Assembly: GCA_010356995.1 (NCBI GenBank)
Contig: ML996698.1
Coordinates: forward strand, 62,001 to 118,378
Source of the DNA: Trichodelitschia bisporula
Taxonomy: Eukaryota
Direction: 5' to 3'
Length of the DNA: 56,378 nucleotides
A program made the position numbers and the translations under genes. Each line of letters begins with the position of its first letter. The first letter of the stretch is position 1. The notes beneath the pieces were generated by a model. That model made no database searches. It saw nothing but the letters and a program-made list of their open reading frames with translations, and had not been told where the DNA came from. Positions 36,570 through 50,043 of the stretch are shown here, in pieces.

Positions 36570-37955
36570 CTACTCGCCAGCAGCCCCAATCCGCCCCCCC
36601 CTAACAACCCCAACAGACACACCTCCCTCCCCCGTCATCCACCCCGGCATCCTCGCCCCATCAACAACACCCTGCTCCACCAAGCTCCTCAATCCCGCAA
36701 AAACATGACCGCCTACAAAACTCACCCTCACACTCGGTTCAAACGCGTCTCCGGAGTCATGGCCATCGAACCCATCTTTGATCCGCACGTCAAAGCGCTC
36801 AACGCCCTTGCCATCACCGGGGACGCCGTACGGGCCGAATCGACCCTCTGCGACCTTTTTCAGGCGCTTGCGTTCGGGTGCGGAGGCGGGGAGGCCGAGG
36901 CGCTTGAGTGTGCCGGTCTTGATCCTGTCCTCATCCTCCTCATCCTCCTCCCATCCCTCCTCCCCCCCACCGGCCTTGAAATCCAGCGCATCCCCCTTCT
37001 CCTTCTCCCCCGCATATCTCGCCCACCCCCCCGCAACATTCGGCCCCGCCCCCCTATGCGCGAGCAAAGCACCCAAACTCCTTGCCGACAGCCCACTAGG
37101 CACCATCTCATACCCGCCCAGTGCCGCCCCGACCGCCTCAACCACAACACGCATCTCCGACCCCGGCGCACCAGCCGCCCTCGTACTCCCCCTTGCATTC
37201 GCCTCCGCAGCCGCGGCGGAGGCAGTCGAGGAACCCGTTGGTAAAGCGAAGTAGACGAAGGGCGTGGCGCGGGGGAAGGCGACGAGGATAGTTTTTGGGG
37301 CGGGGAGGGGAGGGGTTGAGTACGGTGTGCTGAAGAGGGAGAGGTGCAGGAGGGTTAGGGGGAGGGAGGGGGGCGTTGTGAGGTGGGTGTGGATTTTGAA
37401 GAGTGGGGCGAGGAGGGATTCTAGTGCTGTGATGAAGGTAGGAGGCGGGAGAGGAGGGAGGGGGGTGGTGTCGGTGGGTGGAGGCGTGTCAGTGTCGGGG
37501 TCGGTTTTGCGTCGCCGTGAGACGCGCAGGACTGTCCACCGTACATTGCCGCCGTCCGCGTGGTCGGCTACCCATTGTGCGTCTGCCATGGCGAGTTGTC
37601 GGAGGGAAATGCCGTGCCGCCAGTCAGATTCGAGGACGCGCTCCAGGAGAGCGCGCTTTGTGCCGCGCTGAGTGGGGAGCTCTTCTTTGTAAAGATCGTG
37701 GAGTTCTTCGATAGAGGCGGCGGCGGGGTAGGGCGCTTCATCGTCCTCGTCATCCTCGTCGGAAGGTTGGAGGTAGGGCCCGCAGGAGGGGAAATTCGCC
37801 TCCGAACACCATTCTGCGCAGAGGGCGAGGAGGGAGGCGCGTGAAAGGCGGGCGAGGTTTTTTTGGACGTGTGGACTGGAGCTGGGGAGGCGGAGGGAGG
37901 GGGAGAGGGGGGCGGTAGTTGGGATTGCCTTCGGGCGGGGTGGTGGTGGTGGCAT
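36570..37955 (-). CDS. CHL4: Inner kinetochore protein Chl4/Mis15/CENP-N
   Basis: LARLSRASLLALCAEW, KRALLERVLESDWRHGISLRQLAMAD, SLGALLAHRGAG...GGWARYA and C-terminal SFVGGHVFAGLRSLVEQGVVDGARMPGWMTGEGGVSVGVVRGG, all typical of fungal CHL4-family proteins; single exon. Confidence 0.88.
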   Translation of the reverse strand: MPPPPPRPKAIPTTAPLSPSLRLPSSSPHVQKNLARLSRASLLALCAEWCSEANFPSCGPYLQPSDEDDEDDEAPYPAAASIEELHDLYKEELPTQRGTKRALLERVLESDWRHGISLRQLAMADAQWVADHADGGNVRWTVLRVSRRRKTDPDTDTPPPTDTTPLPPLPPPTFITALESLLAPLFKIHTHLTTPPSLPLTLLHLSLFSTPYSTPPLPAPKTILVAFPRATPFVYFALPTGSSTASAAAAEANARGSTRAAGAPGSEMRVVVEAVGAALGGYEMVPSGLSARSLGALLAHRGAGPNVAGGWARYAGEKEKGDALDFKAGGGEEGWEEDEEDEDRIKTGTLKRLGLPASAPERKRLKKVAEGRFGPYGVPGDGKGVERFDVRIKDGFDGHDSGDAFEPSVRVSFVGGHVFAGLRSLVEQGVVDGARMPGWMTGEGGVSVGVVRGGRIGAAGE

Positions 37956-38006
37956 TGTGGTGGCCGATTTAAGGTGGTGATGCGGGGCGCGTTGGTGGTG
38001 AGGTTG

Positions 38007-38115
38007 ACGCGTTGTTTGGAGTTGATGCCTTAATGTTGCCTTATTGCCTCAAATACGTTTTGGTGCCTTGATGCCTTACTGAGACTCGCTGCCTCATCTA
38101 CGAAGACGGATGCCT
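38007..38115. promoter_or_regulatory. MCB-type ACGCGT plus seven same-strand TGCCT (AGGCA) motifs in the CHL4/metR divergent intergenic region
   Basis: ACGCGT at 38007-38012; TGCCT at 38026, 38037, 38045, 38064, 38072, 38090 and 38111. Regulatory function is inferred only. Confidence 0.45.
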
Positions 38116-39105
38116 TCCTTCCCTCCCCGAGGCTTCGGGACTGCGGCTCCGGCTGCAGACATCACGTGGGGCCCACTCTCTCCTCCTGCGAGACCGGAGC
38201 CGATGCGGACGGAGACGGAGAGTCGATGCGATGTGCGGTGGTGATTGGTTGCATCGGTGGGATCGGGTAAGCGAAGTGGGGGGTTGGGCGGGAGGAGCGA
38301 CACAGAAGAAGGCAATGAGGCACGCGGTGGGATGGCTAAGCAGCGCCGGTGGCAAATGATGCGAGGATTCCAGCCCGGCGTCTAGGGTGGTAGAGAGAAT
38401 TTTCATAGCTGAAGGGCGAGGTATGGGAGTAATTAACCGAGTTCGGAGCAAGTGATGATTACCTTCGGTGAGAGGGGGTTGGCGGTGGGTGATGACGATG
38501 GTGATCAGTATTGACGTCGTGGAAGCCGATGCCTCAGTTTGCGGAGGGTTACAATTGTCCAACCGAACAACGGCGATCGCAACCCCTCTCTTCCTTTTCG
38601 CTGCACATCTGCACCATCTCTGCATCGCTGCATGTGCATCTTACGCGGGGTTCCCTCCCACACGCTGACAAACTCTAGTTCGACACATCCCCACCTCTCG
38701 CCGTACACCAGTCCACTCCCGGTTAGCGTACATCCACAGTGCAAGCAGGTCAACGCCTGTGCCTCGCTCCTCGTGGGTCAATTTGGGCGACAGAAAAGCT
38801 AGACCCGAGTCTTTCCCTCTCATCCCCCCACCCTCTCCATTTTTTCATCTTTCTCTCCTCCATCCCCTCATCGTGAACCTCGTACAACCCCGCAAAACAC
38901 TACGGCTTCATCCTCGACTTCCGCGCCGCTGAACAGCAGGCCTTTCTCGCCTTCCCCGCTCAGCCGATCGTGAGGTCATTGGTGATCTGAGATCGTCGCT
39001 GATAGGGCGCACTCTCACCACCAACTCTCTTCAACCCTCACCGGCCCTCATCGTCACCACTCCCACTCTCTCACATCGTCAACCACAACCATCGAAACCG
39101 CAATC

Positions 39106-40096
39106 ATGTCCGGCTTCAATACGAGTACGCGTCGCGCACCCAATGTATCGCAATACATTGCGAACCTGAACACAATCCCATCGCCGCTGGCGCCGGCCCC
39201 GAACACCGATTTCCTCGAGGATGAGCTGAACCTCTTCGCGACCACCGAGTTCTTCGACTTCGACATGAGCGAGCCTTTGGGTGGACTCAACTTCGACACT
39301 CCTCGCACAGGACAGCAGCAACGGCAACAAACACAATCCACGATCGCACCCACAACCGAACAACACCACAAGCCCGCAACAGAAACACCTCTCTACCCAA
39401 GCCAAAAGATGGACGACTTCCTAGGCGGTACGTCCCATCTCTTCCACGTTTCCTTGCAGCCCCAAGCCCAATCCCAAAGCGTCACTTCAAGCCTCCCCCG
39501 CACAAACCTTACAAAAAGCAATCCCACCCCCAATCACGTCATCTCACGTGATGCGCCTCCCCCACGTCCTTTCCTTCCTTTTTCCCCCCGCATCCTCACT
39601 CCCCCGGTGCTGACTCCCTTGCCCAGCTGCAGACTTCACCTTCCCCTACCCGTCCTACCCAACCTTTACGCCCGTCCCCGCCACCCCGACCACCGCACGG
39701 GGTAACTCCCCGCCGACAACACGCAGCGGGTCCATCTCGCGGCCCAGCACCGCGCGCGCAGGCGACAAGCGCAAGGCTGCGTCTACCGAAGAAGCTTCCA
39801 GGCTTGCAGCTGAGGAGGACAAGCGCCGGCGTAACACGGCTGCGTCCGCGCGGTTTAGGATTAAGAAGAAGGAACGCGAGAAGGCGCTTGAGACGACGGC
39901 ACGTGAGATGACGGAGAAGGCGTCGGTGTTGGAGGCTAGGGTCCAGCAGTTGGAGATGGAGAATAAGTGGCTTAAGGGCTTGATTACGGAGAGGAATGAG
40001 GGGGGGAAGGGGTTTGCGGAGGTATTGAGTCGGTTTGCGAAGGGGATGGATGGGGATGTCGAGGGGGAGGGGGAGACGGAGGAGGAGGAGGCTTAG
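39106..40096 (+). CDS. metR: bZIP sulfur-metabolism regulator MetR/CYS-3
   Basis: N-terminal RRAPNVSQYIANLNTIP and EDELNLFATTEFFDFD; intron 39428-39632; bZIP EEASRLAAEEDKRRRNTAASARFRIKKKEREKALE...LEARVQQLEMENKWLKGLITE. Confidence 0.9.
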
Positions 40097-41763
40097 TGAT
40101 CTGGTGGTCGGTCAAGAGCATATTTTCCTATTACTCGTGCATTGGGTGGTTTATGTCCCGATTATGATGGACGGTGGCGGCGGTGGGAGAAACTCCGGCG
40201 TGTTGACTTACTTCTGTGTGTCTTGCTGGCTTTTTTGGCGTTTGTGATCTGGCGTCAGGGGTAAAATCTTAATTGCCGTACTCCGTACATAGCGGGCACG
40301 ATGAGGCTGGGGGAATTCCGGGGTGGGGCGTGAATAAAGACGTGTCAGCACGAGTTGTAAGCATGCCTCGTGGTTTGTGTATGTCGTGCTACGCTTGCGG
40401 ACGCTAGACGCCTGGCCGTCCCGGTCCCGTCCCATAGTGAGTTTGGCACGGACTTGCTAAGACATAGTTCTTACTACAGTAGTAGCGCCGTGATAAAGGC
40501 GCGAAGCTCGGACGAACATCGGTGGGAAACATGACGATGCCGCAGTGCCGCAGTGCCGCGTGGTGGAGTTGGAGTGGAGTCGCATGCAGTCAGCCGGCTT
40601 CGTCTATCCGTCTTTGGTACTCGCTCTTCTGCACAGCACAGTATAGCGGGAAGCACGACATGCGCGAACGACAGCCTGTCTCCAGCCCGAACCCACAGCG
40701 TGGATTTTGCGGCATCGGCGGCAGACTTGAGATGCCAGTGATGGAGGAGAGCGTGGATGGAAGATGGGCTAGACGTCTCAGCGTCGCTTCTGAGGGCCCG
40801 AGGGTGTGGGATGGGGGCCTGGGCTGCTTGGCCCAAGGGCGACGTGAAAATGTCGTCGCCGGCCACGCTTTCCTCGGGTGACCTTTGGCCGATGCTACAG
40901 CCGCGGACGAGGGGAGATGTGCACTCGGTGGACTTGGAGATGGCATCTCGCGCAAGGCAAGGGAGGGTGGACTTGCTACGTAGAGGCATAAATTGAGGTT
41001 TCTGCGGACCGGTCAGTCTACAGTATTGTGCAGCAGGGACGCGCCGTGGACGATCTGCTTTTACTGCATCTCGCAGGGTGAGAGTTCCGTGGAGGAGGAG
41101 CGACCGCGGGTCGGGTTTCGGGGGAGGTAGGTACGGTGGCCTCGGGGGAGGTACACCCGCCGCCCACTCCTCCCTCTAGGGTGGGGTGTCATGTGCCGCT
41201 GTTGTGTTATTTCGGGTTGGCCTACCGTAGATGGCGGGGGGGTTTGCTGGGATGCGTTAACTAATGGTGTGGGGGTGCGGCTGAATCATTGTACCGGTGG
41301 AGCGGTGGCTTCTCCCGCGTCTGCCTGCGTTTGAAAGGGGAGGTACTGTGATGGTGAGAATGGAGTGAGACATGCGTTGCCGAACATGTGGGGATCGAGA
41401 TGGGGGTTTTCGTGGGGAAGGCGGGGAGTGAGACCGATGCGGGGGAGGGTGGGGGTTAGGGTTGGAGATGCTGGTGATAAGATTAGATTCTGCTGGGTAT
41501 CACGGGGACGACGACATGTTTCAGCCTTGTCTTGGGCGGTCTCTGAAGCCTTGAGGAATTGGTAGATTGATTAGCTGGCGAGAAACTGGCGACGCTGTAG
41601 GGGACTTGTCGTATTTCGATAGTGTGTCCAGACCATGAGAAGGGTGGCACTCTAACCACCGTCCTGACGTCTATTCCACGCCACGGCATCAAACATCTCC
41701 GCCCAATCGTTCTCAAAGAGGTCCTCCGGCAACTCGTCAGAGGAATCCCGGTAGTCGTCACTG

Positions 41764-42465
41764 TCAAGCGCATTCCCCCTCCACACCCTCCGCCTCTCCT
41801 CCCGCGCCTCCCTCGCCGCCTTCCCGCTTCTCGAACACCTTCCGTTCACCCTCGCTCATCCAGTCGGTCTCGCCATCCTCTTCAGGAATCATGCATCTCA
41901 TCCAATCGTCCATATTATCCCCTTCAGGAAGCACTTCCCTCACCCTCTCATCCACCACATCCCGAAAGTCAAGCTTCCCCTCCCGATACTTCTGCAGCAT
42001 CGGTTCCGGATCCGCGTCCGGGCCTGTAATGACAAGAAACGACCGTAGAATACCCTCCAGGTACTCTGGGGTAGACTCCGGCTCCACGCACGGCTCGTTG
42101 AACGCCGCCATCTCAAGATTGTGTCCCACTTGGTGCCTCCTCTGCCTCATCCAACCCTCAAAATCATGCTCGTCATCCTTATCCAACCGCAGATTCTCCA
42201 GCCACTCGACCGGATCCGCCCCCGTTAGCACCATAAACGCCGAAAAGAGAGCCTCCCGGCACTTCATCGACATATCATGGTCTGCGCTCGGTATGCGAAC
42301 CACATTCTTCAATTCCTCATCCATCCAGTAATCCACCAGCCTCTGACCATTCCGCGCCACCGACAAGAATGGTTCCTGATCCCATCCCCATAGCGTGTGC
42401 AGCTCACGCACGATCTTCTCCTCGCCCTCCGAGACCGGTAGCGGATCGAAAGAATGCCCAGGCAT
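41764..42465 (-). CDS. Hypothetical protein with three ~45-50 aa repeats related to the RQC1 C-terminal tail
   Basis: Open frame from ATG 42465 (MPGHSFDPLP). Repeats: IVRELHTLWGWDQEPFLSVARNG..., LFSAFMVLTGADPVEWLENLRLD..., ILRSFLVITGPDADPEPMLQKYREGKLDFRDVVDERVREV. Confidence 0.6.
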   Translation of the reverse strand: MPGHSFDPLPVSEGEEKIVRELHTLWGWDQEPFLSVARNGQRLVDYWMDEELKNVVRIPSADHDMSMKCREALFSAFMVLTGADPVEWLENLRLDKDDEHDFEGWMRQRRHQVGHNLEMAAFNEPCVEPESTPEYLEGILRSFLVITGPDADPEPMLQKYREGKLDFRDVVDERVREVLPEGDNMDDWMRCMIPEEDGETDWMSEGERKVFEKREGGEGGAGGEAEGVEGECA

Positions 42466-42920
42466 CCTCGATGCTGAGTACCCGGTGTAAGGGGTTGTGT
42501 GCCGCCTTTGAGGTATTTCGGACTGATTAAATGGTGGGGTTGATTGAAGTGCGACGTCTCCGTGGCGATGATGCTCAGTAGGCGAGTCGGAGTATGGCAA
42601 ATGGGCTGAGATACGCGTGGTGAACACACGGGAATCGAGATAGACGTTGGCGTTTGGCGTTAGCGGAGAGGAACTGGCAGCGTTTCAGGACTCTTGATTT
42701 ATCTCAGTTGGTGACTCACTTAATGGAGTTTTATGCAGTGTATAGATCAGACTCCGCATGTACGAGCAGATAGCAGACAACCACCGTATGCACAACGTAT
42801 TCTATGACACAACCGCCTCGAGCATTGCCCAGTCGTTTTCACCGACGCCTAACGGCAGAGAGTCCTCATCACCTTCTTAGTCGTCGTCGTCGTCGTCGAC
42901 GTCGTCGTCCTTATCCTCTC

Positions 42921-43510
42921 TCACCTCCTCGCCTCCCACCGAAGCTGGGCACGAGCCATACCTCCCATCACCACATCCAACGCCTCCTGTGGCGCAAACC
43001 TACCCATCCGCACCATCGTCATTATCTGGGTTGGATCTACCCGCGCCGTAGACACAATTAAATCCTCGAGCATCTCCATCTCGACCTCTCGCGACAACCA
43101 AGGGGGGATTGACGCATTCCCTTGGCTGCCTCATGCACCGCATCCGCCCATGTAATCTCGCCCCGCCGCACCCGGGGCACCAACGGCTCTGGATCCCGCC
43201 CACACTCCATACAGACCTCCCTCACAAGATTATCCTGCTGCTCAGCTCCACCTCCGCTCATCTCACCTTCCCGAAGCATCCCACGAGCCGCTTCCCTCAA
43301 CCTTGCATCCAACGCATCTTGGTAGGTAATCCTACCCGCCCGCACTTCTAGCAGCGCCGCCTCCGGATCCGCCGCCATGCTCATCATAAGCATCCTGAAA
43401 ATCTCCTCTTGCCTCTGCCGGGAAGTTCTTCCGGCACCGTGACCGTTCCCGCCACCCGGGCATCCACCACTTCTTCCAGTGTAACCTTACCCATCCGCAC
43501 ATTCTGCAGT
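42921..43510 (-). pseudogene. Frameshifted continuation of the RQC1 reading frame (repeat units 2-5)
   Basis: Translating across three frameshifts gives LQNVRMGKVTLEEVVDARV / EEIFRMLMMSMAADPEAALLEVRAGRITYQDALDARL / VREVCMECGRDPEPLVPRVRRGEITWADAVHEA / LEDLIVSTARVDPTQIMTMVRMGRFAPQEALDVV...RR* at 42921. Confidence 0.6.
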
Positions 43511-45553
43511 CTCCTGGAGATCAGTCTCCGTCTTGCAGTACTGCTGCAGAACAGCCTCCTGGTGCTTCGTGACCGTCACCGGTTTGTCCTCATCGTCATC
43601 CTCATCGTCATCCTCGGCCTCGTCCTCACTAGGCAGCTCCTCAACCACTCGCTGCACCCTCGAATTCAGCGCCCCATTCAACGTAAGCTTCGTTTTAACC
43701 TCCTTCATGAGGGCATTCACATCCACCCCGGCATCATCCGCGTCTTTCAAAAATACCTTCAAAAACTCATCTGCGTCCGCCTCGGTATGCTCCGGCGCGT
43801 CCCAATCCCTCTCATCCTCGTCCGTCGGCGGGAGCGGATCCACGGCCGTCAACTGGCCCAGTTCGCTCTCTTGTATCGCCATCGGTAGCATGCGTAGGAC
43901 CTCGTCATCGCCTAGCCCGAAAACGTGCCGCCGCACCGAGGGCCGCACCTCCTTGTTGTCACCTGGGCGGACTACACAAAACCGATACGGAGTTAATGGG
44001 GCCGCGACGCGAATCAAGAAGGCCTTGGTTTCGGGTACAGCCCACAGGTCGCGCGTACGCCGCACATACATATCAGTGAAGAAATGCATTGCTGGAGTCG
44101 GAGGGGAGATGCCCCAGATGCCCTTGGGGGCGATGGCATCAAGAGCCGTGAAGATGGCTGGGAAATAGTAGGGGTGCATTTTGACGACTTTATCGAGCTC
44201 ACGCTTCGCATTCTCCTGCTGATTGAGCTGCAGGTAGGCAAGGATGCGGTCGAGTTGAAGGTGCCCGTGGTCATCAGCCTGCCAAAGATTGGCTCTCAGG
44301 CAGTCATATAGCTGCAGGAAGTGCTTCGACATATCGGCGCGTACGGCTAGTTGGCCGTAGAACAGGAACAGGGCCCAAGGATCGGCGGGATTGAGAGCGA
44401 AGAGCATGGTGGCCCATTCATACGCAGTGCGGTAGGCGGAGCGCCTGCTTGAATCAGCATGGGCAAGAAACGGAGTGCCGAAACTTACCCCATCAGATCG
44501 AGGACGTAGTGGAACGCGGCGTTGAAAAACTCTCGGTTCTCATACACATCGAAATCCATCCTCGCCTTCCCGTTCTCTAGGTCGGTCACGAAACGTTTAC
44601 TCGCTGCGCGGCCAAAAGTGAACAGAGCCCGTTCAAGCCATTCACTAGCCTCGGTGCGGTTGTGGCTACTGCGCTCGCTATCGGCAACGATCAGCAGCGT
44701 TGCCGCGTGGTATGCTGTGTACGTTGAGCCTGGACGGTCCTCGCTTCATAGGGGGATAGGGGTACCTACGGTGTTTGTAAAGCACCTCGTGCAGTAGTTG
44801 AAAGTCGGCGGTTACAACAGCCTGCTGGCATAGCTCCTGTGCCTGTCGATAGTCGCCCCTGTGTATAAAACGATAGGTCGTGATGCCGTTTTCGCCAGGC
44901 ACTCCTTCCATCTCAAGTCCACTATGTCCCGCAGCGCTCGGCCAGGTGGACTTGCCACGGATGAAGGGGTTGAGGCGGATAAGCGCAGGGGAGAGCTTCG
45001 GCTCTTGTCTCCAAGCTGGCTGGTTGTTACGGCGACCCTGGGCGGGCGGCGCCTCATCTTCGTCGACGATGCGGCCGAAAAGCCGACGCATCTCGGTCTG
45101 GACCTTGAGGTCCTCAGTTTCAATAGAGAAAAGCTCCTTGAGCCAGGTATCATCTTGATCGTGAACTTGCGGGTCGCTCGCCTTCGACTTGCCCTTCTTC
45201 TCAGCCTCAAGGCCCTGGAGGATGACGTCGATGTCATCTATGGGATCGGCGGCAACCTGCTCCTGCTTCTTCTTGGCCTTGCGCTTCCTCTTTTTCTTCG
45301 GCTTGTCCTGCTTCACTTCAGCAAGGGCTTCAGCGGGCTTGGTGTCTTCGGCTCCTGAAGCCGCCTCTTTCGCGTCATCGACATCATTATCGGAGCAGAG
45401 CGATGCAAAGACGTTCGCTATCCGAGATTTTGGAGGGCGGCGCTCGGTGTTGAGCTTCTGCTCTTCAGCATTAGGGCTCCCTTCTCTAGAATCGAGCTTC
45501 TTCTTTTCGAGATCGCGCTGCGCCTGGGCGCGGCGGACCTGGCGAGTGGACAT
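43487..45553 (-). CDS. RQC1: Ribosome quality control protein Rqc1 / TCF25 (Nulp1) family
   Basis: MSTRQVRR start and Lys-rich PKKKRKRKAKKK, then EMRRLFG, YRFIHRGDYRQAQ, HPYHAATLL, WLERALFTFGRA, GKARMDFDVYENREFF and YRTAYEWATMLFALNPADP. Introns at 44769-44715 and 44488-44445. The true C-terminus is uncertain (see findings). Confidence 0.85.
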
Positions 45554-46496
45554 CGTGGCCTAATGCGATTCAGAGAGGCGGAGGAGAGAGAAAAAAAATC
45601 CGAAGTGCAGTGACTAGAGAGATGCTCTAGAATGTGTGAGTAGTAGATTATGGGTAGGGGTGGTCGACGAACTGCGGTGAGAATGGGTAGATAGCGTAAA
45701 TGTGGGGTTGGGTGAGGTTGTCAATATTAGGTGTTGTGGAGTGGAGGTTTTCAAGTTTGGACAAGTCGACGACGGTCGGAGGAGCAGGGGTGAAGGACAG
45801 GAATGACGTCAAGGCGTAAAGCTTGCCATCTGAAAGGACTCCAGGCAAAAAGAGGAAGCTCTCTTGTGCTTGACCTGGAAAGATGTTCTGATAGAGAGGT
45901 GGTGCGGGGTTCTTCGCCGAATATGCACGTGAGGTTCCACGTCGCCTCCACCCCCTCCATTGCAAACCTCAAGATCAAGGGGAGACCCTTTTGAACCCCC
46001 AGGGTCTCTTGATATCGTTGATGACCCAACAGGCCTTGACAGCTGCACCTGCAAAAATAGACCCCAAGAGGCAAGAGGAAGATATCCTCCCATTCGCATG
46101 CCGCAAAAAACATATTCCACCACTCGTGCAAATCTCCTATCTCCAACTCCCTCATCGAGCAAATGGGAATGTGGCGCATCTGAACTTCCCTGCCAAGAGG
46201 GGCACCCCCAAACCTAATGCTTGGCGCACTACTTCTCAGCAGTCGGACAGGAGAAACGCCAACGAAACCCTTTCCGAACGTACTCAACTCTAGACCATCT
46301 CACTCTCTCTTCCCATCCACGCGCCTTGCTTTTGAAACTGCTAGACGCATTACCACTGTCCCACTCAACACACACTCGCTTTAGTTGCTTCCTGTACTAC
46401 CCTCTGCAGACACCTCGGCCCTCAGTCTTGTCAGCTTGCGCACGTCCTCAGCGACACATCCCGATCCCCGGCGCCGCGGGCGTACGTACACACATC

Positions 46497-47859
<1,363 letters not shown>

Positions 47860-50043
47860 GATTTGCGGCGAGAGAAAACGACTCTAACGCTTAGAGGTCT
47901 TGAATGCTTGTATTAGATCATTGTTTGGCTCTATATATCCCGTGGAGCTGCGTTCCTGGGCCCGGGGCGGTTGTGCTGGACGAAGTGGATTAAACGCGAT
48001 GGCGGCAAGGCGACGCGACGCGGAACCTGGATGTGTGGTAATGTTAGTCTGGCTGGGGCGTTGGGCGTTGGCGATGGGCTACGGTATTCTGAAGAGTGCT
48101 GAGTTGAGTTCCTTTGCTGTTGTCCATACTGATGAATGGTGATCAGTTGAATTTATCCGAGCATCTCCCATCTCCCATCTCCATTTTAGAGTCTTGAGGG
48201 TGCGATGGTTATCCACTGTTCGAGGAGTGCACCCGATGTTCAAGAGGGTTCCATTGCTTCGCGCGCCTGCTAACACACTAACACTCACGTGCATCCCTCC
48301 ATCTGCCAAGCAGGACTCTTCAAGCCGAACGCCTCCTTCCTCATCAAGCATCGGCCACCGTGCATCCCTTTTCGCAACACCACACCACGTGATCCGACTT
48401 CTCACGGACTGCCCCCTCGGGCACCCCCCCCAACTAGAGCATCGTCCCTTCCCCAAGAAGCTCCATCACACAACCCGGAGCCTGGAGCCTGATTCCTCCA
48501 TCACCTGGCAAAAACCCAGTGACCGCGCACACACGAGCATGTGATCGAGTGCACAAAACCGTCGAATTCTCCCCCTTCTCCTTTTCCTTTCCTTAACATC
48601 CACATCCTCGACAATCACCTCCTCAACAACCACCTTCTCAAAAACCGCCTCCTTACTGTACCTCAGTACTCGCTATACATTCTGTCTATACTCGACACTT
48701 TGCTTTCTCATTGCTGGTTATGACGTTAGAGGTGCTGAAAAGACAATCCCAGTCGTCACCGAGATGGGCGCAGCCGCCGTGGCCGCCACTGGGTATTCCA
48801 AAGTTGCATTCACTGCTATCGACAAGACCGCGGCCGCCATTTTTATAGGCACCACTCGCGAGGCTTGCAACGGTAAGAGATTCAACAAACCTGCCGACAA
48901 ATGTTCTAACGACCGAAGTTCCGACAAAATGGCTGCGAAGCATAGTGTCGTCGCTTCCTCTTTGCGGCCCTGTCGAAATTAGGGACCGTCTCCCGCTCGT
49001 GGAAGACCGGCGCATTGGCTTGGTGCCCCATTGGGGCTTCAAGTGCCGCGCCGCAGGGCCTTCGGGCTTTGGGGCTCATCTGTTGCGCCTACGGGTGCTT
49101 ACATTCCGTCGCACCGCCGGGTGCTCCGGTTGCCGACGCCGAGCAAGCCATCAAGTTGATTGCCGCCCCCGAACATACTTTGGTCGGGGGGTTGGTCGTT
49201 CAACAGCGACACCTCTGGCGCAGATTGAGGCAACGGTCGCGGCTGCTGCCACCCCTGTCACTGTCGCCGACCCGCCGGCTGTGCCTGCCATCTCACTGAG
49301 CGTTTGGGCCGATGGCCAATCTTACGAAGGCGCGGGAACCTGATCCCGCTATCAAGAGAGAGGCGGGGCTTCTCGAAGCCATCGCGTACTGCGACTCTAA
49401 TCTCGTCCATCAACGTCGGGTCTCCGTAGTTCGCGGGAGGAGGGCCCTCACCCAGGGCACTGAAAGATGTTTTCGACATCAAGCAGGAACTTGACTCCTC
49501 ACCTCCCGAATATGAAGCCGTAGCCGGTGCCGCTCGTGAGTACCCCCTTTCCCTGCTGTAGACGCTGAGTTGACTTTCTGCGACAAGATGAGCGGCCCTT
49601 CGAAGTCTGCAAACAAGTCGCAATGGCCCTGAAAGATGTCCTGGTCAAGGACTTCGGAAAGGATTGGCTTCCGGGGTCCACTCATATCCCCAATGTCGTT
49701 ATGCTTGTTCACTGGGTGGCGGCTGCAAACTCCAAGGTCGTTGCCGTTTGTAAAGACGACAGGTCAGTTCCAACATCTCCTCGGAGAATGGGAGTCAACT
49801 CCGTCCAACGACGATATGAAGCACCTCACCTGCTTCTTTCTTCACCACAGTGCACTATGCGCCACCGTGGCCTCGAATTCGTCCTTCGACACCGTCTTGT
49901 CCGATAAATCGGACTCCAGCGTGGATACATTTCACCATGATGGGCATTACTTCCCCATCGGGGAGTTGCGTCACCCTCCCTCCTCCCAATTTCGACATTG
50001 CCTCATACCTTTCCACAACCACCTTCACGAATCCTCAGTCATC

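Noticed and set aside
42880..42908. (GTC)n trinucleotide run
   Set aside because: An ordinary short microsatellite downstream of the RQC1 tail.
45648..46293. Overlapping ORFs between RQC1 and the GT62 gene
   Set aside because: No recognisable domain and mostly non-ATG starts; most likely divergent promoter DNA.
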